Assembly: GCA_951406725.2 (NCBI GenBank)
Contig: OX597818.1
Span: 133,610,001 to 133,674,000 of the forward strand
Length of the DNA stretch: 64,000 bases
Direction: 5' to 3'
Source of the DNA: Octopus vulgaris
Taxonomy: Eukaryota
Positions 40,478 through 54,202 of the stretch are shown piece after piece (the stretch's first letter is position 1; each line of letters starts with the position of its first letter). The position numbers and the translations under genes were made by a program. The notes beneath the pieces were generated by a model. That model saw nothing but the letters and a program-made list of their open reading frames with translations. It did no database searches and was not told where the DNA came from.

Positions 40478-41483
40478 TAATATAAAAAAAAAATAAAGAT
40501 AAAAAAATTATGGAAGTGATACGATAAATATCAGAAAATAAAGTAATGAACTATGAAGCTCAGGTCACGGCCATATCAGAGTTGAGACATTGGCAGACAA
40601 TAAACAATGGTTCACAATCAAAACATTCAAAACAATTCGTTGTTGCATCCCTGGCACTCTTCCCAATAATATGGTACAGGTACTGTAATCTGTGTTCACT
40701 GAATGTACTGGTATTTCCAAAACATGGTGCACAGATAACCTTAAATATAAGGTTTAGTGGCAGACACGGACTGAACTCAGTCTCAAGCCTAGCACTGAAC
40801 CAGGGTCTACAAAATTCCCCTTACCATAATTTTATTCATCTTCATTGAGGATATGGCCAAACAATGTGTGCCAAACCATTTAAAATACATGGGAAGAAAC
40901 AGCATAAAGGAACTTAATAGTAATAAAAGGTAAGGTTTAGTGAGTAAATTATATGCACTACAGCAAAGTCAGCTTCACGCCAAGTACTGAAGGCACAGCA
41001 AGTGCTAGGATATTTGGGAATTTTTCAAATGTTTCACAAAACTGACGCAATAAAAAACAGTGAAGCCATAGAAAAACTGGCATAAAACCTAGTACTTCTC
41101 CAGGGTGTACAGGTGTAGATGATGCAGTAACCTGTTGCTGTACATTTTTTCTGTTTCAGGCAGCAAACAACAATATAAACTGCACAGGCCACACCACCCC
41201 TGTGACCACTGCCAGGCCACTTAGCACGTCACTAACCCTTATTTTTGTTAACTTTTTGTTAAACCTCACTTTGGTTGTTTGTCCTAAGCCTTACTTGGGC
41301 TAACCCTTATACTGGCTAACCATTTATGTAGATTCTGTCCCCATTGTAACACTCCACATGTGTCTGACCCATGGAAAAAAGCCAGAAATTCCTCTTACGT
41401 ATAATTATATTTTCCTGGATATTCCATGTTAATTTTAAGGTGCGTCCTATATGCCAGGGTGTCTTATATGCCACAAAATAAAG

Positions 41484-41527
<44 letters not shown>

Positions 41528-41746
41528 ATGGGCTCCTTTTAGTTTCTGTTTATTAATCCACTTACAAGGCTTTGGTCAGCTTGTCCAAGGTTCCATGCAA
41601 TGAGACTGAACCTGAAACCATGTGGTTGGAAATCAAATTCTTAACCACACAGCTAACCCTGCACTTGCAGTAATGCAATAAATTTGCTTTCTTTAAAAAG
41701 TTCAGTTTCATTCTTGTGTGTATATGTATGTATGTGTATGTGTGTG

Positions 41747-41789
<43 letters not shown>

Positions 41790-42695
41790 CACGCATGCAC
41801 ATACAAGCAAGTGTTTATAACTAGATGAACATTACATATTCACGAAAGCTACCTCATCACCTAACAGCAGACAATTTACACAGTGATGTAACATTAAGTT
41901 GTAATGTTAATATATGGAATTTTCAGCTAATTTCAAAAACAAATTGTTCTCAACAAAAAGTATTGAATCCTGCTATAAATTACAATGGTTTTAAAAACAT
42001 CTCCTCATCATCATTTTACGTTTGCCCTCTATGCTGGAATTGGTTGGATAAGTCTTCACAACATAGATAATTTCTTATTGAGAGCAGCTGCTCCCATAGG
42101 GTGGTGCTCATCCATGTCATGACTAGAGATACTTCCTAATGCTTTCCAATGTATGTAGAATACTGCACACTGCATCAACACTAATCCTACACTTTGGTCA
42201 TGTACCTCACAGTTCATAGTGTGTACTATATGTGTGTGTCTGTGTGTGTGTGAGCATAGAGGGAGTCTATAAAAGATAGATAGTTAGGATTCTCCATCCC
42301 AATGCTGCGATATTTCATTAGACACAGCATTGGGATAAAAAAAAACACACAAATTTGCAATTACGATTATTTAATGAGAAAATATAAAAAAAAAGAAAAT
42401 ATGTAAATATTAATAAATAATGAGCTGAAATATTGGATCCAGAAACAATCTTCACTCACACAAAGTATGTTAAATATCAATTCTTATATATAAATGTGTG
42501 TGTGTGTGTGTGTATGTGTGTGTGTGTGTGCATGTGAGTATGTGTGCTTATAAGAAACAAGGTAAAAATAATGATTGCAACATATTTTTCATTTATTGGA
42601 GCAAATTTTACTTACAACTGTTTCCAGTAGTCATTATAGGTACATTACTGATAGGTTTACTCAATTGGTCAATACACAGACACACACACACACAC

Positions 42696-42726
<31 letters not shown>

Positions 42727-43516
42727 TGTATGTATGTATGTATGTATGTATGTATGTATGTATGTATGTATGTATGTATGTATGTATGTATGTATGTATC
42801 TTTATATATATATATATATATATTATAAGTTATATATGTAAATAACATATTATAAATGTGTGCTTATATATCACAATATCTGCAGACAGACGTACAAATT
42901 ATATACATTTATCTATAATTAGATACTTATATAAATTAGATATACATGTATACATGTATACATACATACATACATATGGGGGGAGAGAGGGAGAGAGAGA
43001 GAGAAAATCTATAAATATATACACACACCTATATAGAATGCAAATGTACACACACACACAAACATGTTTATAGAATGTAAATATACACACACACACACAT
43101 ATATACATCAATAATATGAACATACGCATATATACATTCAGATAGATAGACAGACAGACAGTTAGAGGTAAGACTGTTTTAACATCCATCTATGGATCAC
43201 ATGAGTAGAACAGAATTTGTTGAGGAGGATTTTGTATGGAGAGATGCCCTTCCTTTCACCAATCCTTGCTTGTTTCCAAGTTAGTTAATATATTTACCCA
43301 TCACAGAGGATTAGAAATGAAAGATACCACCTGGATGATGACACCACAATTATCATGTGATGTTACTACAAGGAGATATTAATAAACATGCACACACAAG
43401 GGGCCAATGCACACACAACGGGCCACTGACTGGGCTTGAACTTGAAACTGTGTGGTTGAAGAGCAAAGTTCTTCCCAAACATCCTTATACCCATGTACAT
43501 AAAAAGAAACATTGTT

Positions 43517-43577
<61 letters not shown>

Positions 43578-43835
43578 CTTTTTATGAATGTATGTGTGTC
43601 TTTGTGTGCATGAACATATATCGTTTTTTTTTTTTAGAAAAACATAAAAATGGAGATGCGCACTGTAAGAATTAAAGCAGTCTATATTTATCACTGGTGA
43701 AGGCCTGTATATAGGGTTACCCTGGGTTTCTCGCCATAAAGCATATCTTTATGGTGGGAAACCCAGGGTAACCCTATAAACGGACCTTCACCAGTGATAA
43801 ATATATGAAGATATATATATATGTGTGTGTGCATC

Positions 43836-43871
<36 letters not shown>

Positions 43872-43905
43872 CAGATATAAATATCTATGTGTGTGCATAT
43901 ATATG

Positions 43906-43944
<39 letters not shown>

Positions 43945-43966
43945 CATATATAACTATGTATGTTTC

Positions 43967-44009
<43 letters not shown>

Positions 44010-44012
<3 letters not shown>

Positions 44013-44160
44013 TTTTCTGTGTATCTTTCTGTCGAAGAGCGTAGGCTTGAAACGTAAAAGACTTTTTCTATTTCTATTCCTGAGCACTATACTAATATAC
44101 ATTTGTTTGTTTGTACACCACCTGCCTTCGTCTTTTGTTTATTTTCGTAAACCTTCCCGT
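44010..44160 (+). mobile_element. Penelope-like pseudo-LTR fragment in (TA)n with a hammerhead-like motif at 44025-44060
   Basis: cttt-CTGTCGA-a-gagc-gtag-gctt-GAAA-cg-TA-aaag; homologous to 80-245. Confidence 0.6.
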
Positions 44161-44234
44161 TATATATATATATATATATATATATATGAACATATATAAC
44201 TCTGTATGTTTGTATATATATATATGTGTGTGTA

Positions 44235-44447
44235 TACTAGAGCAAGCACATAACTGTGAAATAAGGTGGGGAAAAATAGTACTTGAATACCAGAGGTAGA
44301 GTAATGTGCTTTATTAATAAATCTGCAAAAACATCACAAAAATTGTTACTCAGAGTTTCACATTCTTGTTCGTTGGACAGTTTTGGTTGTCCAAAACATG
44401 AAACTCATCTGTTCCTGTGGTGTTTTTGCAGCTTTATTGATAAAGTA
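44235..44447. mobile_element. Penelope-like pseudo-LTR fragment with inverted part and degenerate hammerhead (44344-44380, minus)
   Basis: Inverted arms tttattaataaatctgcaaaaacatcaca / tgtggtgtttttgcagctttattgataaa. Minus strand reads tgt-CCAACGA-aca..tgt-GAAA-ctctgag-TA-aca. Confidence 0.5.
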
Positions 44448-44455
44448 TACATACA

Positions 44456-44541
<86 letters not shown>

Positions 44542-44640
44542 TAGATAGATGCATAGATAGATACATAGATAGATAGATAGATAGTTAGACACATACATAC
44601 ATACATACATACATATATACATACATACATATATATATAT

Positions 44641-44683
<43 letters not shown>

Positions 44684-44693
44684 CATACATACA

Positions 44694-44729
<36 letters not shown>

Positions 44730-45346
44730 TATATAGATAGATAGATAGATAGATAGATACATACATACATACATACATACATACATACATACATACATAC
44801 ATACATACATACATACATACATACATACATACGTACATAAATACATACATGCATACACATATTTACATATATGTGCATGTATGTATGTTTTAGTTCTCTT
44901 AATATCCACAAGGCATAAAAATTTAATTCATTTCATGTCATCATGTCATTTGTACACACACACATACACATTCATACACATATCTACAAATTTTACCAAT
45001 TCCAGTTATATAATATACATCATACATACACATTAATCTGTTATTTACCTATTATCTGCATATGAACACAAAAAGATTATTCATACACAATATGAATAAT
45101 TATTCATACACAAATAAATAAGTTATATAGACTTCCAGTATATCAGTTTCATATTATCTACATAAACATTATTTATTAACATACCTTAAATGCTTTATAC
45201 ATATACACACATTTACATATATACATATATATATATATATTGTGAGTGCATATATATATAAGTAGTTGAATGAATTATCCTAGTATGGATAATTCGGTTA
45301 ACCAATAGGAATTTTGTTAAATCGTCGTTCGACTATTCTTTCATTT

Positions 45347-45493
<147 letters not shown>

Positions 45494-46560
45494 GTATATA
45501 TATATGTATACAGGAACTCATGGTAACACACACACAAACACGTATAAATACATCATGATGAGAAGAGAACACCTGTGTTTAATACTTGTTAGAATGATGC
45601 AACTGCTACATAGGCAGTCGACAGATTCTCAATAGAGGTACAACTCAGTCTAGCAGGACACAGTCTATGACAGTCGCAGCTATACCCTCTTGCAACACTA
45701 TGATTTCATTGGTGATAAAATGAATGCTGCAGAAATGTCTAAGTGACATAGTCTATGACCGAATCCAGGATTCTGTCACAGGGCTAACCGTTCTGTCACA
45801 CACATAGGCATATCTGTATGGAGGCATATATGCAAGAATTTAAAATTGTACATCAATTTTCCTATATATCTACAGAGACATAGTTAGATAGATAGGTAGA
45901 GAGAGAGAGAGAGAGAAATAGAAACAAAAATTTGTGTGTGCATACATATACACACACAAATACACATACACATATACACAAAATATATACATATGTATGT
46001 GTATGCATCCATTTGTGTTTGTGTCTAACTATATATAAACACATTGAAACACACACACCTGAATATTTTGTTTAATAGTAAGTAATGTTGTTTTACAATC
46101 TATATTAATTCATATATTATATTTGTCGGCACACTTACATGTGCCTATACATATATGTACATACATACATACACACATGCACACACACAGATATAGATAT
46201 ATACATATATATATATATGTGTATAAATTAACATATAAATATATATGTACACACACACACAAATAAAGATACATAGACACACATGAGTACAGGTACAATT
46301 AAGCAAACAAATGTGTGACCACGTATGAGTGTTTGTGAGTAAACAGGCATCTAAATCCTGCATATATATGTGCTAATCAGCCACGTAAAAGATAATCTCT
46401 GTAGACACACATTTTAAAGTACTCTATATACATTGATAGTAATACACACACAGTTCTATACACACACACACACGCGCACACACACACACACATATATATA
46501 CATATATATATGTGTATATATATATATATGTGTGTGTATTTATATATATGTGTGTGTGTG

Positions 46561-46613
<53 letters not shown>

Positions 46614-46729
46614 GGTATATATATATATGTATATATATATATATAAATATGAGTATGTATATATTTATCTTTGACTTGTTACAGTCATGTCGATCTCGAT
46701 TCTTTTTTGTTTTTTAAAGTCTAAAACTT

Positions 46730-46830
46730 ATCCTATCAGTCTCTGAGTTACAGTGACATAAACAAACCAACACAGGCTGTCAAGCAGTGCATGTACCAAT
46801 ACTAACACAGCAACACACACACACAACATG

Positions 46831-46911
<81 letters not shown>

Positions 46912-47087
46912 GTATATATATATACACTCACAATGGGCTTATTCCAATTTTCATCAACTAAAACCCACTTACAAGGCTTTAGGTGGCCTTAGGCTATAAT
47001 AGAAGACACTTGACCAAGGTGCCACACTGCAGGACTGAATCAAAACTATGTGGTGAGGAAGCAAACTTCGTACCATACAGCCATGCC

Positions 47088-47090
<3 letters not shown>
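46730..47090 (-). mobile_element. SINE family A, diverged copy
   Basis: cccacttacaaggcttt...gaagacacttgaccaaggtgccacactgcaggactgaa...accatacagccatgcctg. Confidence 0.7.
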
Positions 47091-47135
<45 letters not shown>

Positions 47136-47346
47136 TAAATCATGGGGTAGCAAAAAAATTATAGAAAAATTCTTTGCTACCAGTGGTCTAGCGAGAATGA
47201 AAAAAATTTAGTCAATAGACTATATATTATTCCTAGAAAAATACAGTGTACATTTAAACACATAAGTGGCTTGGAGTTTTAACTGCTCTTTCTAGTGAGT
47301 CAGATGTCCTATTATGGTCATCTCTTATGTGTTTAAATGTACACTG

Positions 47347-47398
<52 letters not shown>

Positions 47399-48464
47399 AT
47401 ATACATATACATACATACATATACATATATATATATATATATATCATCAGTTTATGAAGCCCATTGGTGACTCTATGACCAGACATAAACTTAACTCCAT
47501 ACATACATACATACATACATACATACATACATACATGCATACATACATTTCTTTTTGCATTCAGGGTCATTAGCTTTTGACCTGTGTTGTTTAATATCTA
47601 TCTATCTATCTAACTATCTATACACACACACACACACACACACAAATATATGTTTCCCATGAAAGTCAGTACATTGTTATGAATAAATATACTATTAAAT
47701 TAGTATCTAATTCTCTCACATATTAATTATATCTATATATATATATATATATATACATAAATTTGGATGTATGCATGATATATGTGCTTCTTTGCATGTA
47801 TTCATATAATGTGACTACATTCTATTTATGTCCAAATGAACACATGCACACATATATAATATGCACAACAGACACAGATATATATTGAGAGCATTCTCTT
47901 TTAAAGCTTTATAAAAGCTTCGCTATGTGTATGAGTATTTTCACCTTTTGAGTATACAAACACACAGACACAAAACCACACACATACACATGTACATATA
48001 CACAAATAGTCACATATTCACAAACACTATATTATGTAAACTTATATATAAACATTTAAATTTTAGCTAATTCCTTAGTGCCATAGTTTTCTAAAACATT
48101 TTAATATCCTTTATAATACACTTTATTTTAGGTTTTATTTGAAAATTGTCAAGTACCATCTGCATTAAAACTATTTAATTATACTGGGTCCACCAAAAAC
48201 CATGGTTACAGCCCTTTCTTCCAGACCAAAAACTTTTGCTTTAGTTTGATTGCTGTTTCATAATTTCCATTAATATGAATCAATATATGTGTGTATGGGT
48301 GTATGTGTGTGTAATCTACAAATTTTCCATCCATGTGGTTTTTAACATATCTACATGCTGTGATATATATTATAATTTAGGGTATCTAAGAGACACCACC
48401 ACGCTGGAAATAGCAGCCAAAACTTGACTCTAAAACCACAATATATATATATATATATATATAT

Positions 48465-48880
48465 AGGCGCAGGAGTGGCTGTGTGGTAAGTAGCTTGTTT
48501 ACCAACCACATGGTTCCGGGTTCAGTCCCACTGCGTGGCACCTTGGGTTAGTGTCTTCTACTACAGCCTCGGGCCGACCAAAGCCTTGTGAGTGGATTTG
48601 GTAGACGGAAACTGAAAGAAGCCCATCGTATATATGTATATATATGTATGTGCGTTTTTTTTTTGTGTGTCTGTGTTTGTCTCCCTAGCATTGCTTGACA
48701 ACCGATGATGGTGTGTTTATGTCGCCGTCACTTAGCGGTTCAGCAAAAGAGACCGATAGAATAAGTACTGGGCTTACAAAGAAAAAGTCCCGAGGTCGAG
48801 TTGCTCAACTAAAGGTCGTGCCCCAGCATGGCCACAGTCAAATGACTGAAACAAGTAAAAGAGTAAAAAGAGAGTAAAGA
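48465..48880 (+). mobile_element. SINE family A, full-length young copy
   Basis: aggcgcaggagtggctgtgtggtaagtagc...ggttccgggttcagtcccactgcgtggc...gactgaaacaagtaaaagagt. Confidence 0.92.
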
Positions 48881-48881
48881 G

Positions 48882-48929
<48 letters not shown>

Positions 48930-49589
48930 TGTATGTATGTATGTATGTATGTATGTATGTATGTATGTATGCATGCATGCATGTATGTATATGTACATCA
49001 TCAGCAGCAGCAGCAACAGTAACATTCAATGTCTGTTTCCCATGCTGGCATGGGTTGGATGGCTTGTCAGGAACTGACAGGTTAAGGACTGCATCAGCTT
49101 CCATAGTCTGTTTTTGCTTGATTTCTACAGCTGGATGCCTTTCCAGATGCCAGTCACAAGGCTTTGGTCAGCTTGGGCCTATAGTAGAAGACACTTGTCC
49201 AAGATGCTTCACAGTGAGACTCAATACAAAACCAGACACACATTTCTGAAGCAAAGTTCTTCGCTATGCAGCTACATCTGTGTCTATAAAAATAATAATT
49301 GAGTCATTGGATGGGAATCAATCATATATGTGTGTATATATCTTATACAATAAAGTTTCTTGTGTGAGTGTGTGTGTCTCTGTGTGTGTGTGTGTGTGTG
49401 CATGTATGAGAGTGTGTGTGTGTGTGTGCATGCGTGTGTGTGTGTGTGTTTTTGTCTTTTTGTATTCCCTTATTTCTCTTATGTCCCACTTACTGTGTAC
49501 AAGATAATTTTATCAGACAGCTCATCTTAACATGCTCTCATAGATTATTAGAAAGTTTATTATATTTATCTTCTATAATAAGCTTCATT

Positions 49590-49782
49590 GTATCACGTAA
49601 AAAGCACTCACTACACTCTCGGAGTGGCTGGCGTTAGGAAGGGCATCAAGCTCTAGAAACTCTGCCAAATAAAGATTGAAGCCTGGTGCAGCCTTCTGGT
49701 TCGCCAGCCTTCAGTCAAAATCGTCCAATCCATGCTAGCATGGAAAGCGGATGTAAAACGATGATGATGATGATGATGATGA
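49590..49782 (+). mobile_element. RTE-LINE 3' tail (family C); further diverged tails at ~20218-20350(-), 30121-30180(-), 49000-49145(-), 50098-50240(-) and 58615-58890(+)
   Basis: ggcgttaggaagggcatc...catgctagcatggaaagcggatgtaaaacgatgatgat. Confidence 0.85.
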
Positions 49783-50239
49783 TATATATATATATATATA
49801 TATGCATGTATGTTTGTATATATTTACATGTATATTTTGATAGTTAATAGGTTGGACAAGGGGATAAAGAGGGAGCAATAACTCTTGAAATAAGCATTTA
49901 CCGTTTACAATTGCATTGTCTACACAGATGTATTCATATACAAAATATCATAACTTTCAGTGCTGGCTCTAAGATCTATGGAAAATCTTCAAAAAAATAT
50001 ATTTCTCCACTGCCCTACTAAATTAATTCATTAATATCATTTTTTTACATATATATTTGTGTGTGTATGTGTACATATATATATATATATATGTGTGCCA
50101 TCATCATCATCATTTAACGGCCATTGTTCATGCTGGCATGAGTTAGACAGTTTGATTGGGCTGGCACTCTGGAAGGCTGTGTCAGGCTCCAGTCTGATTT
50201 GGCATGGTTTTCTATGACTAGATGCCCTTCCTAACACCA

Positions 50240-50602
50240 TAGTAATAATCCTTTCTACTATAGGCACAAGGCCTGAAATTTGGGGAAGGGGATGGTCAAT
50301 TACATCGACCCCATGTATCACTAGTACTTAATTTATTGACCCCAAAAGGATGAAAGGCAAAGTTGACTTTGTTATATTGTAATAATCTTTTCTACTCTAG
50401 GCACAAGGCCCGAAATTTGAGGGGAGGGGGGCCAGTCAATTAGATTGACCCTCAGTACACAAATGGTACTTAATTTATCGACTCTGAAAGGATGAAAGGC
50501 AAAGCCCACCTCGGCGGAATTTGAACTCGGAATGTAAAGACAGATGAAATACCACTAAGCATTTCACCCAGCATGCTAACGTGTCTGCCAGCTTGCTGCC
50601 TC
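50240..50602 (-). mobile_element. Two tandem SINE family B copies (one 5'-truncated)
   Basis: taatcctttctactataggcacaaggcctgaaatt...gaaaggatgaaaggcaaag occurs twice; the second extends to the head (gtctgccagcttgctgcc). Confidence 0.85.
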
Positions 50603-51431
50603 ATTATATAGTAATAATAAGAATGATCCTTGGAGGGAATTTATAAACTTTTAATGCATTGCTATGCGCATTTCCACAAATCACATTTTCTTAAGAGACA
50701 GTCCATATTCCTGAGATGATTACAGTGTAGTCTGTAGTATCCATGGGCACTGAGTAGATCATTTTCTTGGATTCATGGATTCATAAAGGAATAAACAATC
50801 CTTTGTTAAACATTCATTAATGTTACATCACCTGCAGAAATGAATCCATGAAGATGATCTACCTGGTGCTCATGGAAACTATAGACAACACTAATCATCC
50901 AAGGAATACAGACTGCAATCTTAACAGACATGTGATTTGTGGGAACACATATTGCAATACATTAAATATTTATAAATTCCATCTGAGGTTTATTGTTATT
51001 ATTACTAAATTTATCCTACATTACTACAGTTCAGCTCGATGCAACCCCAAAAGACTGGTTCACCGAGCAGCATCATTAAACTGTGGCCAGCATAATGGAA
51101 TAGGAGCTTTATTTGCAAAACGTATTCCATAAACGAACTTAGAATATATATATATATATATATATCAATCAATATAAGGGTGACAAAAAATTCAAGAAAA
51201 ATTTTCTACCACCAGCGGTCAAGTAAGAAAATAGAAATAGTTACAGACTATATGATACATTCAACAAAATATTAAGGAATGACCCTGAGAAGGTCGTTCG
51301 ACTCACTTGAAAAGAGCAGCTAAAACTCAAAACTCTAGTTTCAGAATTACTATTTTTTGCGGTTTTGAGTTTTAGCTGCTCTTTTCAAGTGAGTCGAACG
51401 ACCTTCTCAGGGTCATTCCTTAATATTTTGT

Positions 51432-51478
<47 letters not shown>

Positions 51479-51673
51479 AGGGTACTACTATTCGTAGATA
51501 CCATATGCTAAGAGGGACCAATGCGGTCAAAACTACTGAAACAAACAAAAGTTTACCCTCAATATAATATAAATAAATATTTTCAAAGTGGAAAAATTTA
51601 CGGATTTTTTTCTCTTACGAGGTTTTTCACGCTAACTACTGATAATTTCTTTTAAAGATTTTATCCTCAATTG

Positions 51674-51717
<44 letters not shown>

Positions 51718-52174
51718 CAAATTGAGATAGGGGTAGTAAGTGCAACCCTCCATGGGATAACATATATCCAATATACTGCTAGTAAAGCACCCAACAAAGT
51801 TAATACATAAATGTTAAGAATTGCAATGCAATTAATTCATTCACTGTATTATATGGGCAAAAGTAAAATGTTTTACCACAAATGTTTTGTATTATTTTGT
51901 ATTATATATATATATATATACATATATATTTCTCCTCTGCCCCACTAAATCAATTCATTTATATCTTTTGTTTACATAATTTCCTGTCATGTGGTTCATT
52001 GATAGAATTGAAGAAGTGGGCTGTAAGTTCATTTCTTTTTAGGGACAAAAATGCACATCATTTATTACATCATTTATTATGCAATAAACTTTGTTGCGCA
52101 TTCACACACACACACACACACATACACACACACATGCAATATGTATATATATTTTTATCTTGCATCTTTTTTGA

Positions 52175-52490
52175 TCATTTACTTGCTTCAGTGATTAGAC
52201 TTGTGGCCATGCTGAGCAATCAGTACTTTCCCTTTTTTTTCTTTTTTAAGGCCTGGTACTTATTCTTTTGTCTCTTTTGCCAAACCACTAAATTACAGAG
52301 ATACAAACACACCAACATCAGTTGTCAAGTGGCAGAGGGGGACAAACTCAGATACAAAATCCACTCACAAGCCTTTGGTTGGCCTGAGACTACAGTAGAG
52401 GGCACTTGCCTAAGGTGCCATGCAGTGGGACTGAACTGAACCCAGAACCATGTAGTTGAAAAGCAAACTTCTTACTACACAGCCACTTCT
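52175..52490 (-). mobile_element. SINE family A, diverged copy (donor of the inverted copy at 52784-52879)
   Basis: SINE A body with the private duplication ctgaactgaac. Confidence 0.8.
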
Positions 52491-52531
52491 TTGCTTATAT
52501 ATATATATAAATTCTCTAATTTATATACATG

Positions 52532-52583
<52 letters not shown>

Positions 52584-52933
52584 CAATTGCTGTGTTTTTT
52601 ACTGAGATCTCCCTTTTTAGTAGAAGAAATAGCTATAACCCTTTGACTGCTATTTCTAAATTCGGTCTGTGGTAAGGCAATTCGTTGCTAAACCCTTTAT
52701 TGCTTACTATATATATATATATATATATATAGATGAGTGTATTTTTACTTTGTTAACAATTAACACGGAAAAAATAAATAAATAGTTTGCTTTTCAACTA
52801 CATGGTTCTGGGTTCAGTTCAGTCCCACTGCATGGCACCTTAGGCAAGTGTCCTCTACTGTAGTCTCAGGCCAACCAAATGTGTCGAAAGTAAAAATATT
52901 TGATTTACACCTGCGTTAAACTCCATTTATTTA

Positions 52934-52987
<54 letters not shown>

Positions 52988-53408
52988 GTACGAATACTCT
53001 GTAGTAGTACATAGAAAAAAGTGCTGATCAAGGAAATTTGGAAACTGCTTCTTCACATAAAATATAATAAAATTCTGAATTAAGTACAAAACTGCATACA
53101 AAGTAACAAGTATTAATGACATGTCATTCTAACATAGTTGGAATGGCATATGCTAACACAAAGAAATGTCTAAATTATTTCTATATAACAACTGATATAA
53201 ATGTTGGTTAGTTAACTGGCTAGTCGATTTCTCCATGTGGGCTTTCACATCATAAAAAGAGAAGGGAAGAGGAAATAAATGAGAGAAAAGAGAGAATTAA
53301 CATAAAAAGTTGAAGTCATTAGTGGAACACTGAAACTGACATACAGCAGTAAGGAGATGGTAACAATGATTAAAGTTACATAGTCAATGAACACTTATAT
53401 ACACATAC

Positions 53409-53788
53409 GGAGGCACAATGGCCCAGTGGTCAGAGTAGCGGACTCACGGTCGTAGGATCGCGGTTTCGATTCCCAGACCGGGCATTGTGAGTGTTTATTG
53501 AGCGAAAACACCTAAAGCTTCACAAGGCTCCTGCAGGGAGTGGTGGTGAACCCTGCTGTACTCTTTCACCACAACTTTCTCTCACTCTTTCTTCCTGTTT
53601 CTGTTGTACCTGTATTTCAAAGGGCCAGCCTTGTCACACTCTGTGTCACGCTGAATCTCCTTGAGAACTACGTTAAGGGTACACGTGTCTGTGGAATGCT
53701 CAGCCACTTGCACGTTAATTCCACGAGCAAGCTGTTCCGTTGGTCGTATCAGCTGGGACCCTCATTGTCGTAACCGACGGAGTGCTCC
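53409..53788 (+). mobile_element. tRNA-derived SINE family E, full-length with TSD
   Basis: Head ggaggcacaatggcccagtggtcagag...ggtttcgattcccag (A and B boxes), flanked by the direct repeat atatacacatac on both sides. Confidence 0.8.
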
Positions 53789-54202
53789 TACATATACACA
53801 TACTCTATGTACACTTAGAGTCACAACTATAGCTTAAGAAGAAGGATAAATCTGACATGCAGTTGGTAAGAAGGGGCAAAGAAGCATTAATAGGTTTACA
53901 TAACCATTTGAAAAAGTTAGAGTCAACAGAGAGTATGGTTGGACATTCATTTGCAATCACTACAATTGTTTCTAATCACTACTCTACAATAACTACATTT
54001 GTGATTGCAAATAAATGTCCAACCGTACTCCTTCTTGTTGATTCCAACATTTTCAGTTATCTATTCACAAAGTACAGGAGCCCCAATGCAAATCTGAAAG
54101 TATGTATAATACTACGACTGCATAGCACAGGATGAAATCTGAAGATGGACGAGTTTTATACTGTACTCTACTACGTTCTTAATAGAATATGACATAACTA
54201 TA

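Larger units (their letters stand above)
36445..41483 (+). mobile_element. pogo-superfamily (POGK/Passer-like) DNA transposon, ~5 kb including nested insertions
   Basis: Left end TA|gcgtattttatggcatataaaatg and right end gtcttatatgccacaaaataaag|TA are imperfect TIRs, with the subterminal repeat gtgcgtcctatatgcc. The transposase lies inside. Confidence 0.7.

Noticed and set aside
40546-40848. 100-aa non-repetitive ORF inside the pogo element
   Set aside because: No recognisable motif on either strand; the length is compatible with chance.
45587-45800. Possible solo LTR (TGT...ACA)
   Set aside because: There is no convincing TSD or second copy, and the terminal match is weak.
48403-48418. Resemblance of gct-gaaatagca to the Cas9 sgRNA scaffold tetraloop
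   Set aside because: The match is only ~12 nt, the sgRNA loop is an engineered linker, and there are no cas genes or repeat-spacer structure.
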